The position numbers were made by a program, and so were the translations under genes. This document shows positions 27,709 to 38,923 of a stretch of DNA of 64,000 nucleotides, in pieces; the first letter of the stretch is position 1; the number at the start of each line of letters is the position of its first letter. Source of the DNA: the human T2T-CHM13v2.0 reference genome, Homo sapiens. The stretch lies in assembly GCF_009914755.1 (NCBI RefSeq), contig NC_060939.1; one strand, given 5' to 3'. The notes beneath the pieces are model-generated. The model was not told the DNA's origin. It ran no database searches and saw nothing but the letters and a program-made list of their open reading frames with translations.

Positions 27709-28789
27709 CCAATTCAAGCAGAATTTTATTGAAAAACAATATTTATTGAAAACTGACTGAAAATATGTCCATAAGCAATATTATTTATTACTGAGGTTGG
27801 TGTGATCACAAATGAGTATTTTCTTCCTTTTGCTTATCTGCATTATCTTTAGTGATTCTGGAAAGGAAAATAATAATAAAAGTTGTGTCAGACAGGCAAA
27901 ATCAACCAATACTTTTTCCTCAGTTTACTCTTTCTCAATCCCATTCTTTCTCTTAACCTCTTTCAAAGAAAGCTACTTAATATGAATTCCATTGATTCAT
28001 AGCGCAGACTTATTGCATGATTATATAATGACTTTTAGTCAAAGGAATATTAAAGGCAATATAGGCCTCAAGTAGTTCCTGTGAATTTCAGTTTTAAACT
28101 TTCAACATTCTCTCTACCTAGGCTATATCCTTACATATTTCAGATCTAAGAAATTCTTTCCCTTTTTCATCAGAAGAGGATTGAACTGAAGAAACCGATA
28201 GTATTTGCAGAATCGTAGATACAGATGTCCCTGAAGAAATACCCTCTTCCTAGATTGTGTTATTTGTAATAAAGTAACCCTGATTTATTCTGGATAAAAT
28301 GGCATTGGAGACCATATGATAGGCTTCAGAAGTATTCATTTCAGAAAGCATGAAAGGCAGTTGTTTGACTATCATGCAATTCGGTTTGTAAGGGTAGAGA
28401 GAAAAGTAAATTTTCTAGACAAATCTGAGTCTATATAATGAATGGTGTAGTAAGTACAAAAGGGCATTAACCAGGGGTCAGAAGTCCCGAATTCTTAGCC
28501 TTGGACCAACTACCAACCTCAATTTGTTCAGCTGTGGTTTGGTAAATTTTAGGCAGAGAGAAAAGAATGAGCAATGAGATAAAGTCTGTTGGGAACAGTC
28601 AAGTTACACAAATGAATAAATTGATTGAATTTGTACTATTTTTTATTTTTCTACTTTGATGGATATTTAAGTACTGAGAAACATTTCTGTAGCTTAAGAA
28701 TATCAACAGTGCAGGTGTGACTGATGAATAGCAAATGCATTTGGCCTCAGTCATAAAGCTGTGGCAGGAACTTCATTCCATTGAGTGAC

Positions 28790-29165
28790 CGCATTAGTCC
28801 ACTCGGGCTGACAGAATACAGACAGGGAGGCTTAAGCAGCTGAAACTTAGTTTCTCACGGTTTTGGAGGCTGGAAATCCAAGATCAAGGTGTCAGCAGGT
28901 TTGGTTTTTCCTGAGGCCTCTCTCCCTGGCTTGCAGATGGCTGCCTTCCCATTGAGTCCGACTTGACCTTTTTTGTGTGCATGAGCCCCTGGTGTCTCTT
29001 CTTCTTCTAAGGACACCAGTCATATTAGATTAGGGCCCCAACCTAAAGGCCTCATTTTAACTTAATCACCTCTTTAAAGACTTTATCTTCAAATAGGCTT
29101 ATAGGTGTTGGGTGTTAGGATCTCAACATATGAATTTTGATGGGGAAAAAATTTAGCCCATAACA
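28790..29165 (-). mobile_element. MaLR solo LTR (MLT1A0-like)
   Basis: GGAGGCTGGAAATCCAAGATCAAGGTGTCAGCAGG, TAAGGACACCAGTCATATTAGATTAGGGCCC, ends CCCATAACA; 5-bp TSD GTGAC (28785-28789 / 29166-29170). Confidence 0.92.
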
Positions 29166-29399
29166 GTGACATGAGTAGGAGAGCAAATAAATGCTGAAGG
29201 CTTCAGTATTAAGATCCGCTGAACTCCATAATTTAATAATCAATAAAAATCTATTTAAAATCATACACTGTATTTTAATATAGCTTTGAAAATGTATATC
29301 TAAAAGTATATTTATATTTATTTTATTTTGAGTTATGGATATAGAAGTTTTATAAAAATTGGCTCCAGTTAAATGTAAGTTGACTGTGAAATATTCACA

Positions 29400-30880
29400 T
29401 ACAAAAAATTGATTACATATCAAGCCAAAAGAAAAGTGTGAATAAAGTTCCCAGAGTAGAAATTCTGAACCTATACAATAGAATAACAAATAAATAACTA
29501 AAAGATGGCAAAAACAAAACAAAGTCAAGGAAGACAGTAGAATGACCACAAAGAAATAATTTTTTAAAATAAACTTCTAAAAACTCAGATTAAAGAGGTA
29601 AGTAAAAAGTATGTGGTAAACAGGGATAGTAGAGAAAACTTTTCAACTGCTATTCTTCAGTACCTACACGTTATTTGTGATGTGGTTATATCACATAAAA
29701 ATAAATTAATAAATGCTTAGAAATATGTGGCAGTGAAGACAAAACATTAAACCTTTCAAGTTTTGAAAGATTTAAAATATATGTGCTATACATTTCACTT
29801 CAGAAGGCAGATGAATTGCAATGCTAAAGGAATAAACACAACTAATGAAGATAAAAGCAAAAATTAATAAAATGGAAAGCAAAAATATTGTCTTCAGAGC
29901 TGTTTAAGAAGACCACATAGACAACACAATATGCAACATCAGTAATGAGGAGGTGTTTACTCAGAGAATAAAGAGATTTAACAAGTTTAAATGAATACCA
30001 ACTATACATTTATACCAATGCGTTTTAAAATGTGGCTTAGATAAGTAACTCTTGTGAAAATATTAGCAATTTGGGTTCAAGAATAGTTAGAAACAATAAG
30101 GAAAGACAGAGTTCTTTCTCCCAGCTTGCCCCTGACCCGCAGGCACCAGATCCAATGTCTGAGCAGTAAATCCAATCCAATCGAATCTTCGAGGCACAGA
30201 AAATTCAAGACATTGAAGCTACTGCAAAGCATAGATAAATTAGTTGCTAGAAATTTACTCATTCATACAAATTAACAACTCATTCTATGAAAGTGGTAAG
30301 TCACTAATTCTGAGAGTGTTGAAAGATAGCACTAAAAAATAAATTTACAGACTTTTCTTACATATGAACACAGAACCAAAAATATGTAAAACCATCATCT
30401 AACATAATCTAGCAGAACCTTAAAACCACACTATGCCATATTTCAGAAATGTAAAGATGGGTCAACATTTGGAAATGGTTTCAGGTTGTTCACTGTATCA
30501 GTAATTAAGGAGTCAAAGTATATGATAGTTGCTAAAAAGGCCATTTGATGAAGTTCAACATCCATTTCTGAGGAACATCCTCAGTAACTTGGAAATCGTA
30601 TGGCTTAATTTAAAAGCAACATTTTATCAGCAATTAACAGTTGAAATCATATTTCAGTGAGAAACAATAGAGGAATTTCCAGTAAATTTAGGAAAAAGGC
30701 AAGGATGCTCACTCTCATTACTGTTATAAAATATCAGATATCATACTGGAGGTCAAGGAATACAAATATGCTGGTACAGGAACACAAATAAGCAATGAAC
30801 AATAAACATGAGAAAACATCTATAGTAACAATAGGAACAAAAAAACTATAATGAACTAGAATTTTTAGGTATCAGATAAA
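29400..30880 (+). mobile_element. Old LINE-1 (L1M) ORF2 fragments
   Basis: A-rich sense text: CATTTGATGAAGTTCAACATCCATTTCTGA, AGGCAAGGATGCTCACTCTCATTACT. Confidence 0.6.
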
Positions 30881-31339
30881 ACATTAACAACGTTTGATTT
30901 TGATGAAATTGCTTCCATTACTTAAGCCCTTCTTAGGGAGGCATCCACATCCTGCCTCCCTCTCTCCGCAGCCCAGCGTCTGTCTGTACAGATTAGTGAA
31001 AGCCGCTTTACAACTTCTGCAGTTCTTTACTAATTCTGAAGGCTCGAGGCATCCACTGAAAATCAATGTCTTTCTTTTCTGGTGAGAAAAGACTTTGCAG
31101 GTGAGAAAGTTATGAGTAATTGACAGAGGGATGGGATAGGATTGCGGGGGCAGGGAACTCTGGTCCTGTGGATGATGGCTGTATTTTTTCTTAAATCTCC
31201 AAGAATAAACTCACCTTGCCACTGTGAGGATTGATTTCCTTCCTGCCTATTAATATGATTTGAATCCTATTTCCTGTAAAATAATAACTTTTGCATTATT
31301 TTGCTAAGGTTTGCTCTTGCCTTTCTTGTTCAAGGTTAA

Positions 31340-31657
<318 letters not shown>

Positions 31658-32350
31658 ACAAGCTTTTATCATATTAAACTATCAATGGGAAATGGCCAGG
31701 GAGCTGCTCTCTAATCCCCAGAAGTTTCTGCTGACCACCCTGAATTTGCAGGCAGGCTGTTGGGAGTGGAGGACATTGCAATGCACTTTCCCTGAGAGCA
31801 ATTGGAGGAGCAATTGTATTACATTCTTGGACTGATCCGCACAAAACCCAGCCAGGGACCATTTGAAATGCCAGTCTATGGTTCTTTATAACAAAAGGAC
31901 TAATTTAAGCAAATAAAGTAGGTGGAAAAAATTCACTGGAGGATCTGTCCCTGGGTGATCTTTGCTGGATGTGGAGGTGAATGCTGGGTCAATACTGACT
32001 TGTGCCCTAGGGGTCAGGTGAGGAGGAGACTAAGGAGGCCCGGCCTATGCAGTCTGCTCCCCACAGGGTTCTTCTCTTAGCTTAATGTATAAGATATTCC
32101 TGCTTATGAAAATGCCCTGTCCACAAAAAGTCTCTCCCTGTTTAAGTCACAGGCAGTTAGGGTTGTTAATTTTGCTCTTGGTCAATCCTTAAAGAAGTAA
32201 AAATGACCCATGCGGTCTGGAGGGAAAAAGTAAATTTAAGAAAAGAATAAGTTAACTTTGAAGCAGGAGATTCATATTACTCAGAGGTGTGGAGATGTCA
32301 TTTGAGGTTTTCTATAGAGATCTCACTAGGGCCATATTAAAAACAAGAAT

Positions 32351-32628
32351 GGGTGGGGCTTTATGGCTCATGCCTGTAATCCCAGCATTTTGGGAGGCCA
32401 AAATAGAAGGATCATTTGAACCCAGGAGTTGAGACCAGCCTGAGCAAAATGGCAAAACACCATGTCTACAAAAAATTTAGTCGGGCGTGGTGGTGCATGC
32501 CTGTAGTCTGGGCTACTCAGAGGCTGAGGTGGGAGGATCACATGAACTTGGGAGGTCAAGGCTGCATTGATCCATGATTGAGCCACTGCACTCCAGTATG
32601 GGAGACAAAGACCCTGTCTTAAAAAAAA
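32351..32628 (+). mobile_element. Alu (AluJ-like)
   Basis: Dimer with GGAGGTCAAGGCTGCA and AGACCCTGTCT, short A tail. Confidence 0.93.
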
Positions 32629-33101
32629 GTCATAAATACAGAAAGCAAATTGATAATCCATCATTTTGGAAAAGAGATAGACCCTGGATCATGATCTGGG
32701 ATTTGAAGATACAAAGCTTTAGGGCCCTGGGTGACCTGCAGTTACGTGGATGGCCACATGGGGAAAGCAAACCATTGCAGTCATGAAGTGACCAGTGCCT
32801 CCTGTTCAATGCTGCCTGTCCTGAGCTGCCTTGTAGCAAGTGGTCATACACAGGCATATACATTCATGACATTGTTTTCTTTTGATGATGTTTCATGAGT
32901 AGAAGAAAATCATTAATATTTTACTCCACGATGTCATGCCAATAAAAGGTAATTCATACTAATTCCCTTGTGGGCTTAATCATTTTTCTTTCAATATTAG
33001 GATGAATATTAGAGTCTTCATTAGAATAACTCCTTGAAAACAGTTAATAATATTTAATTATTAATTAGTAATAAGTAATAGTACTTAAATTAATTCTTAC
33101 A

Positions 33102-33606
33102 TGCGGGGGCTGTCCCGCAGACCCTGACCCAACGACAGATGAATAATATATGCTGACACAGATATTCTGCCTGTCAGTCTGGCTAAGGGTCTGAGCCCCT
33201 CACAGATACCAAGGAAGGTGCTGTAAAGAGTAGCAGCGGCAGCCCCCTCAGCCAGTGAAGCTCGCATTTATTCAGTATAGATTAAATGACAAAGGTCTTG
33301 AGTAAACACCACTAGAGGGTAATTGACCCAGTTGCCAACTCCCCAGAGTAGAGAGAAATTATGCACCAGCAGTTGATCAAAGGTTGGTCTTGGGACCACA
33401 TGAGTAAACAAGCTATTTAGATAAACTCCTCTGCATTCCTTTGTACCTACTGTGAACTATTTACACAAGGTAAGGATTAGACTGCTTTCAGCCATAACAC
33501 TGTCCTAAGACTTTTGCAAAATCTTCGAGCCTTCCAAGAAGATTTGTGTCTATATTCTATAACTTCATTTTAAAGTTTTTCCCACCAGCCTGACTGTACT
33601 CCTACG
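33102..33606 (-). mobile_element. ERVK-class solo LTR (LTR22 / HML-5-like)
   Basis: TGCGGGGGCTGTCCCGCAGACCCTGACCCAACGAC at one end, CCCACCAGCCTGACTGTACTCCTACG at the other; perfect 6-bp TSD CTTACA (33096-33101 / 33607-33612). Confidence 0.85.
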
Positions 33607-33844
33607 CTTACAATGTCCCTTTTACATGAAAATAAATCCTTTGAGTTCCTCATTGTCCTTATATAATATAGTTTTGTCTAAATCCTTCTCCTTTGATAAA
33701 ATTGGAAATGTTTTAAGTTTAAAACTTTTTATGTTTCAAGTTTACCAAGTCTCACCCAACAGAAATGAATTTTTTCCATTTTTCTCCTCTCCTTTGAGAA
33801 GTCACTTTCTATTTTTCTATAATATTAACATATATCAAGTATTG

Positions 33845-34165
33845 CTAGTGGCTGATTGTCCCCTGATATGCATTCTCACCTTCTCTGTACTAAAAGGCAC
33901 AACTGCAGAATTTGGACATGCTGTCCTTTTTCCTTCCCACCCCCCACCCCCACACTGGCTGGAGTGGAGATATCCTGGACCATGTGGGTGAGTGCCTCAT
34001 CCCAGTGATTACAGAGCAACAAGGCAGAAGAGTCCATGGCCATTCAGCTTACCTTCCTACCACTGCTTATACCTGGATATAAGAAAAATGCACTTCTGTC
34101 TTATATAAGCCACTGTAGTTTTGGGCTTCTGTTACAGCAATTGAGACTATGTCCTAACTCATAAA
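33845..34165 (+). mobile_element. MaLR LTR (MLT1J-like) remnant
   Basis: CAGAGCAACAAGGCAGAAG, CTTCTGTCTTATATAAGCCACTGTAGTTTTGGGCTTCTGTTACAGCA. Confidence 0.6.
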
Positions 34166-34169
34166 AACA

Positions 34170-34385
34170 CCTGATATATGCCAGGCAAGAGTTCAGCACT
34201 TCATGTACTTTAGCCCATCTTCACAAGCCCTCTAAAAAGAGGGTCTTATCCTGATTTTTATTTTACCAATAAGTAAGCCAAAGCACAGAGGTTTAAGAAG
34301 TTTGGCCAAGGTCACACAGCAATTAACTGAATTAACTGGGAGAAGCAGAGTTCCTGCCCTAAAACAGCACACCATACTTCTACTC
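34170..34385 (-). mobile_element. MIR SINE
   Basis: GCACAGAGGTTTAAGAAGTTTGGCCAAGGTCACACAGC core. Confidence 0.75.
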
Positions 34386-34699
34386 TAGGATGCTTCTGTC
34401 CCTTCCTCATGTCTTTCCTATGATCAAGACCAAGGCCTGCCCAGTGCCCTTGACAATAGTGTTGGAGCCATCCTACACAATAACTCCAACACGATTGTCA
34501 TCCTCATGCCATCTAATTGCTTTCCCAGTTGCCAGTCATGTTGTGCTCTAATTCTAGTTCATTCTCATTTAGTCTCCAAAATTACCTGCCCCACTCCCCC
34601 AAATAAATTTGATTGCTGTGTGTGGCCCTTGATTTCTTCTCAAATTCCTTTACAAAGATGTTCATTGCTGATATGGGTCCTGAATGTCTGTATGACCTC

Positions 34700-35155
34700 T
34701 CTATTTTTACCCCTCTTCCTCTGCCAACCCCATCCCTATGCCCCCATTTTCTAGGCTCCAGTGATGTTCATTGACCTTCCACACTTATGTCATTTTTAGC
34801 CATGCTTATGTTCATTCTTGTCTTGTGACTTTTGCCTATGTAATATTTTATAACTTCTTAACTCCCCCTGACTAACTTCTCCTTCTTACTTAGGTTCAGC
34901 TTACTTCTTGATTCTGGGAAGCACTTTCTCATCCTCCCAGTCTAAGCTGGCTGATCACTTCCACAGCAGGCTCTGCTCATTTATATCAGATATCACCTTC
35001 TCTTTTCTTGTCTTTGGTGCCTTCTATGCAAGGCTGTGAGCAACTTGAGGGAAGGTCTATTTTGTTCATTGCTGTATTCCAGTTGAGAGCACAATGAGTG
35101 GCACAGAGTAGGTCTTTAGTAAATATGTTTTGCATGAGCGAATAAATGAATGAGG
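34700..35155 (+). mobile_element. LINE-2 3' end
   Basis: Pyrimidine-rich; CTGTGAGCAACTTGAGGG, TTGTTCATTGCTGTATTCC, GGCACAGAGTAGG, terminal GAATAAATGAATGA. Confidence 0.75.
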
Positions 35156-37544
35156 TGAGGAGGGGGCAGCAAATTTCCAGGAGACTCCCTAGATAGCCTG
35201 TGGCTGGACTTGGTTCAGGTCTGAAATTGTGAATCCCAGAAATTGGACACATTGATTTCTTATGGTTTCTTCATGCTCGCCCAGCATCTTGATTGAAGCA
35301 AGTACTTAAGATAGTCTGCTCCAACATCGAGCCTGACGCCAGTGGAAGTCATCACAGTGAGTATTGTGGAAGTGGGTGCTTGTGTTTGAACTCTTCAACT
35401 TGTACACACACACACAAAAGAAAGTTGTGCAGGAAAAACTTCCTCTGCTGCTAGTTTCTACAGTTGATGGTGTTAGAATGCTCCTGCAGTGTGTGTATGG
35501 AGATGATGAAACCCTCCCTTCTTCAGGAGAACCTGCAGAGAGCAACTATTATGATGTGTTGAAATGACATCTGATCTAAGATTCAGGAAATCTGGATCAT
35601 TTTCACATTTCTGGACTTGTAGTGAATCTTTCAGAGAGCCATGAGCCTTCCTTACCGCCTTTGTTTCACATTCAGTAGATTCCACCATATGCCCCAGCTG
35701 CATTTTCAGAGCAGGCAAGAATTTGTGGTGGTGGTAATAGCATTTTTGGGAGGAATATGTCAGATAGGGAGTGGAGAAGTTTTTAATGAGTTGGAAAGGT
35801 GAAATGACTCTAAGACACACACATCTCTTCATATTTCTTTCAAAATGACCGCCATTCATAGATTTTTTTTTTCTTCCAGGTAAGGGGTTGGAGAAATGAG
35901 GGAGTAGTGGCCAATGGTAGTCATAATCTAGGTTGAAGAACTTCAACTCAAGTTAGAATTATCCTTTATTCTTACTCCCTAGATTTAGATGGTTGTCTAA
36001 ATATTTTCATTCCGCATGTAAAATGCCACTGCTGTTTATCTCTTTTATGCCGTTTCAACAGTTGTCCCTGTGGTGTAGGCTCCAGTTACTATGAGTCATC
36101 AAAATTATTATGACAACTTCCTCTCCAGTCTCCATGCCTCTAGGCTCTGTGTCTTACAATCTACCCACAGACTACAGCTCAATTAATTCTCATAGGGGCC
36201 TGTAGTGACCTGGCCCCAAATCTTCAATGTTCTTGTTACTTTCAGGATGAATTTCAAGTCCTAATAATTCAAGATTCTTACAATCTGGACTCAGTTTATC
36301 CTTCCAAAATCCTCTCTCATTATCCTTCTAGGCTGGTTATAATGAAATTGATCTTGTTGGGGGCACACACATTAAACCATATTATTTTCTCCAATCCTTT
36401 CTTCAGCAAACTGAACTTATTGAAATGACAACGTTTTGCCATGTTCCATGGCTTTCAGATTTTTGGTTGCTGTAGTTCTCAGAGCATCCAGAGCAATTTT
36501 AGACTTTTTCTTGTCCTTCCACAGGCTTCATCCATGTCTAGGAGAGCTTCAGGATGGGAAGATATTCCCAGCTGTTGCCTTCCTCTTCCTTTCTTCTCCT
36601 GGCTATAGATCCTTTGGTGTGTTGAGGAGGAGAAGGGGGACAGGGACACGTTTTTTTTCTTTAGTGGCTATTGTTGTAGTCTTTCCTCTGGGCTCGGTCC
36701 TGTTTCTCTAACACCAATCACATTCAATGCCTTCTGAGTTCTAGGCCTTCAACTGTTGGTTCTGGGGAGGGAGAGTTGTGAGTTTTCTGCGGAGACTGGG
36801 GTTCTTGCAAAAGATCCATTCTGAACCTACCTCTTCCCATCCTGTCTCATTCCCTGACTAAGTAGTACCCCGCAACTTGCTCCTGGAGTATGCCTCTCTT
36901 GTTGCTCGCAAGATGGCTCAACTTGACTCCTCTTCCACGATGTCCATCTGACCCACAGGAAACTCATGGAGCAGCTTTGCCTTGTCAAATTGTGAGCTTG
37001 GGAGCTGCTCCACAGCCACACTGCTTCTTCCTTTCCCTCCCCTCTTTTGGATTTTTTTTCCTCAGCTCAAAGAGGCTCAGAAGGCAAATCATCTAGCAGT
37101 CTATATAAATATACTTCCAATTGTGGGAGAAGATATCAGTTACCCTGATGCACGAAGTGATTCTCTTGGAGGCCCTTTCACTTGGCTTTAGGTCAGGGTA
37201 CTGAGCAACACCTCCCTCCTTCCATGAGGCGGAAAGGGGGAAAATAAGACACACAACTCTTTTTCTAGCAGATGACTTGCATTTCTGACATTTGTTCTGA
37301 TCTCCATCACCCACGTGCGGACTGAATGGGAAAGTTGTGATGGGGTGATGGTTGTAGCATAGGGGAGATGGCTTAGTCACCTCTCAAAAGACTTTTAAGA
37401 GGTATCGGATCTGCCAAGAATTTTCAGAATGCACTATTTTCAGCTGCTGGTCATTAGCTTTAAGTTCTAGTCTCTATTTAGGGAAAACAGAAAAAGTCTG
37501 AGTAAGTGTTCTTATACATTCCCAAATAAGAATATTTCTTATTT

Positions 37545-37680
37545 TTAAAATTATTTTTAATAGAGACGAAGTCTTACTATGTTGCCCAGGCTGGTCTTGA
37601 ACCCCCACGATCAAATGATCCATGCTCTAGTGTAATCACCCTCACGTGATTACAGGCATGAGCTACTGTGTACAACCAGC
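37545..37680 (-). mobile_element. Free left Alu monomer (FLAM-like) with rearranged centre
   Basis: AGAGACGAAGTCTTACTATGTTGCCCAGGCTGGTCTTGAAC...GATTACAGGCATGAGC. Confidence 0.8.
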
Positions 37681-37687
37681 ATCTATC

Positions 37688-37787
37688 CCTCTCTCTCTCT
37701 CTCTCTTTCTTTCTATCTCTTCTCTTCCTTCTCTTTCCTTCCTTCCTTCCTTCCTTCCTTCCTTCCTTCCTTCCTTCCTTCCTTCCT
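37688..37787. repeat. (CT)n-(CCTT)n polypyrimidine microsatellite (Alu tail-derived)
   Basis: Directly visible; about 12 CCTT units. Confidence 0.97.
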
Positions 37788-37809
37788 GTCTTTCTTGTCT
37801 TTCTGTCTG

Positions 37810-38005
37810 TCTCAGGGTCTTACTCTGTTGCTCAGGCTGGAGTGCAGTGATATAATCATGGCTCACTACAGCCTTGACCTCTAGGCTCCGTCAATTTTCC
37901 CATCTCAGCCTACTGAGTAGCTGGGACTATGGGCATGTTTCACCACACCCAGCTAATTTTTGTATTTTTTGTGGAGACAGGGTTTTGCCATGTTGTCCAG
38001 GCTGT
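37810..38005 (-). mobile_element. Alu (AluJ-like), right arm plus part of left arm
   Basis: CAGGGTCTTACTCTGTTGCTCAGGCTGGAGTGCAGTG...GGTTTTGCCATGTTGTCCAGGCTG. Confidence 0.92.
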
Positions 38006-38029
38006 GGCATGTTTCTTATAGTAAAAATA

Positions 38030-38270
38030 ATAGCTAGATTTTACAGGGAATTTACTCTGCTCCAGGTATTATACAAAGTACCTTAATACATTATTTAATT
38101 TAATCCCCCTAACAACCCAATGCAATGTGCATAATTAGTATTATTCTCATTTTATAAATGAAAATAATTGAGTCTTAAATAAGTTATGCAACTTTTCCAA
38201 AGCTACACATGTGGAAAGTGGCAGTACCAGGAATGTCTGACTTCTATCCCCAAGGTGTTTACCTCTATGA
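38030..38270 (-). mobile_element. MIR SINE
   Basis: ATTTAATCCCCCTAACAACCC, CTCATTTTATAAATGAAAA, AACTTTTCCAAAGCTACACA. Confidence 0.75.
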
Positions 38271-38627
38271 CATATCTCTCCAAAGACACCATGGACTATG
38301 CCTTTACTTATGTTACTGAAATTGGGCTTTAGAGATTATCCAACTAGCTATTTTCATTATGCGGGTGAGAGATCCTTTACCCAGAGAGGACAGGTGAACA
38401 TCAAGGTCACACATTAGAACTTTCTTTCTTGAAATGCCTCCTTTACCATCCTGTATATCCAAAGTCTATTAGCCTTCAATACATAGCTCAATACCTACTT
38501 TTCTGCCCAAAGCCGTCTCTCACATTCCTTTGAAACTTATACCAGGTACTGCTGGTACCACTCACTTGGCACTTCCACATATACTTGGCACTTCTTTAAT
38601 TGCCATGTAAATAATTTAAAAAATCTT

Positions 38628-38923
<296 letters not shown>

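Noticed and set aside
29115-29549. 144-aa hydrophobic ORF resembling a membrane protein
   Set aside because: Antisense read of A-rich L1/MLT1 sequence, which gives F/L/I-rich peptides by composition
35473-35946. 157-aa minus-strand ORF, the longest non-L1 ORF
   Set aside because: Starts at a non-ATG codon, no recognisable domain, composition typical of random AT-rich DNA
37646-37866. Low-complexity ORFs (LPSF)n / (EGRK)n
   Set aside because: Translation of the (CCTT)n microsatellite
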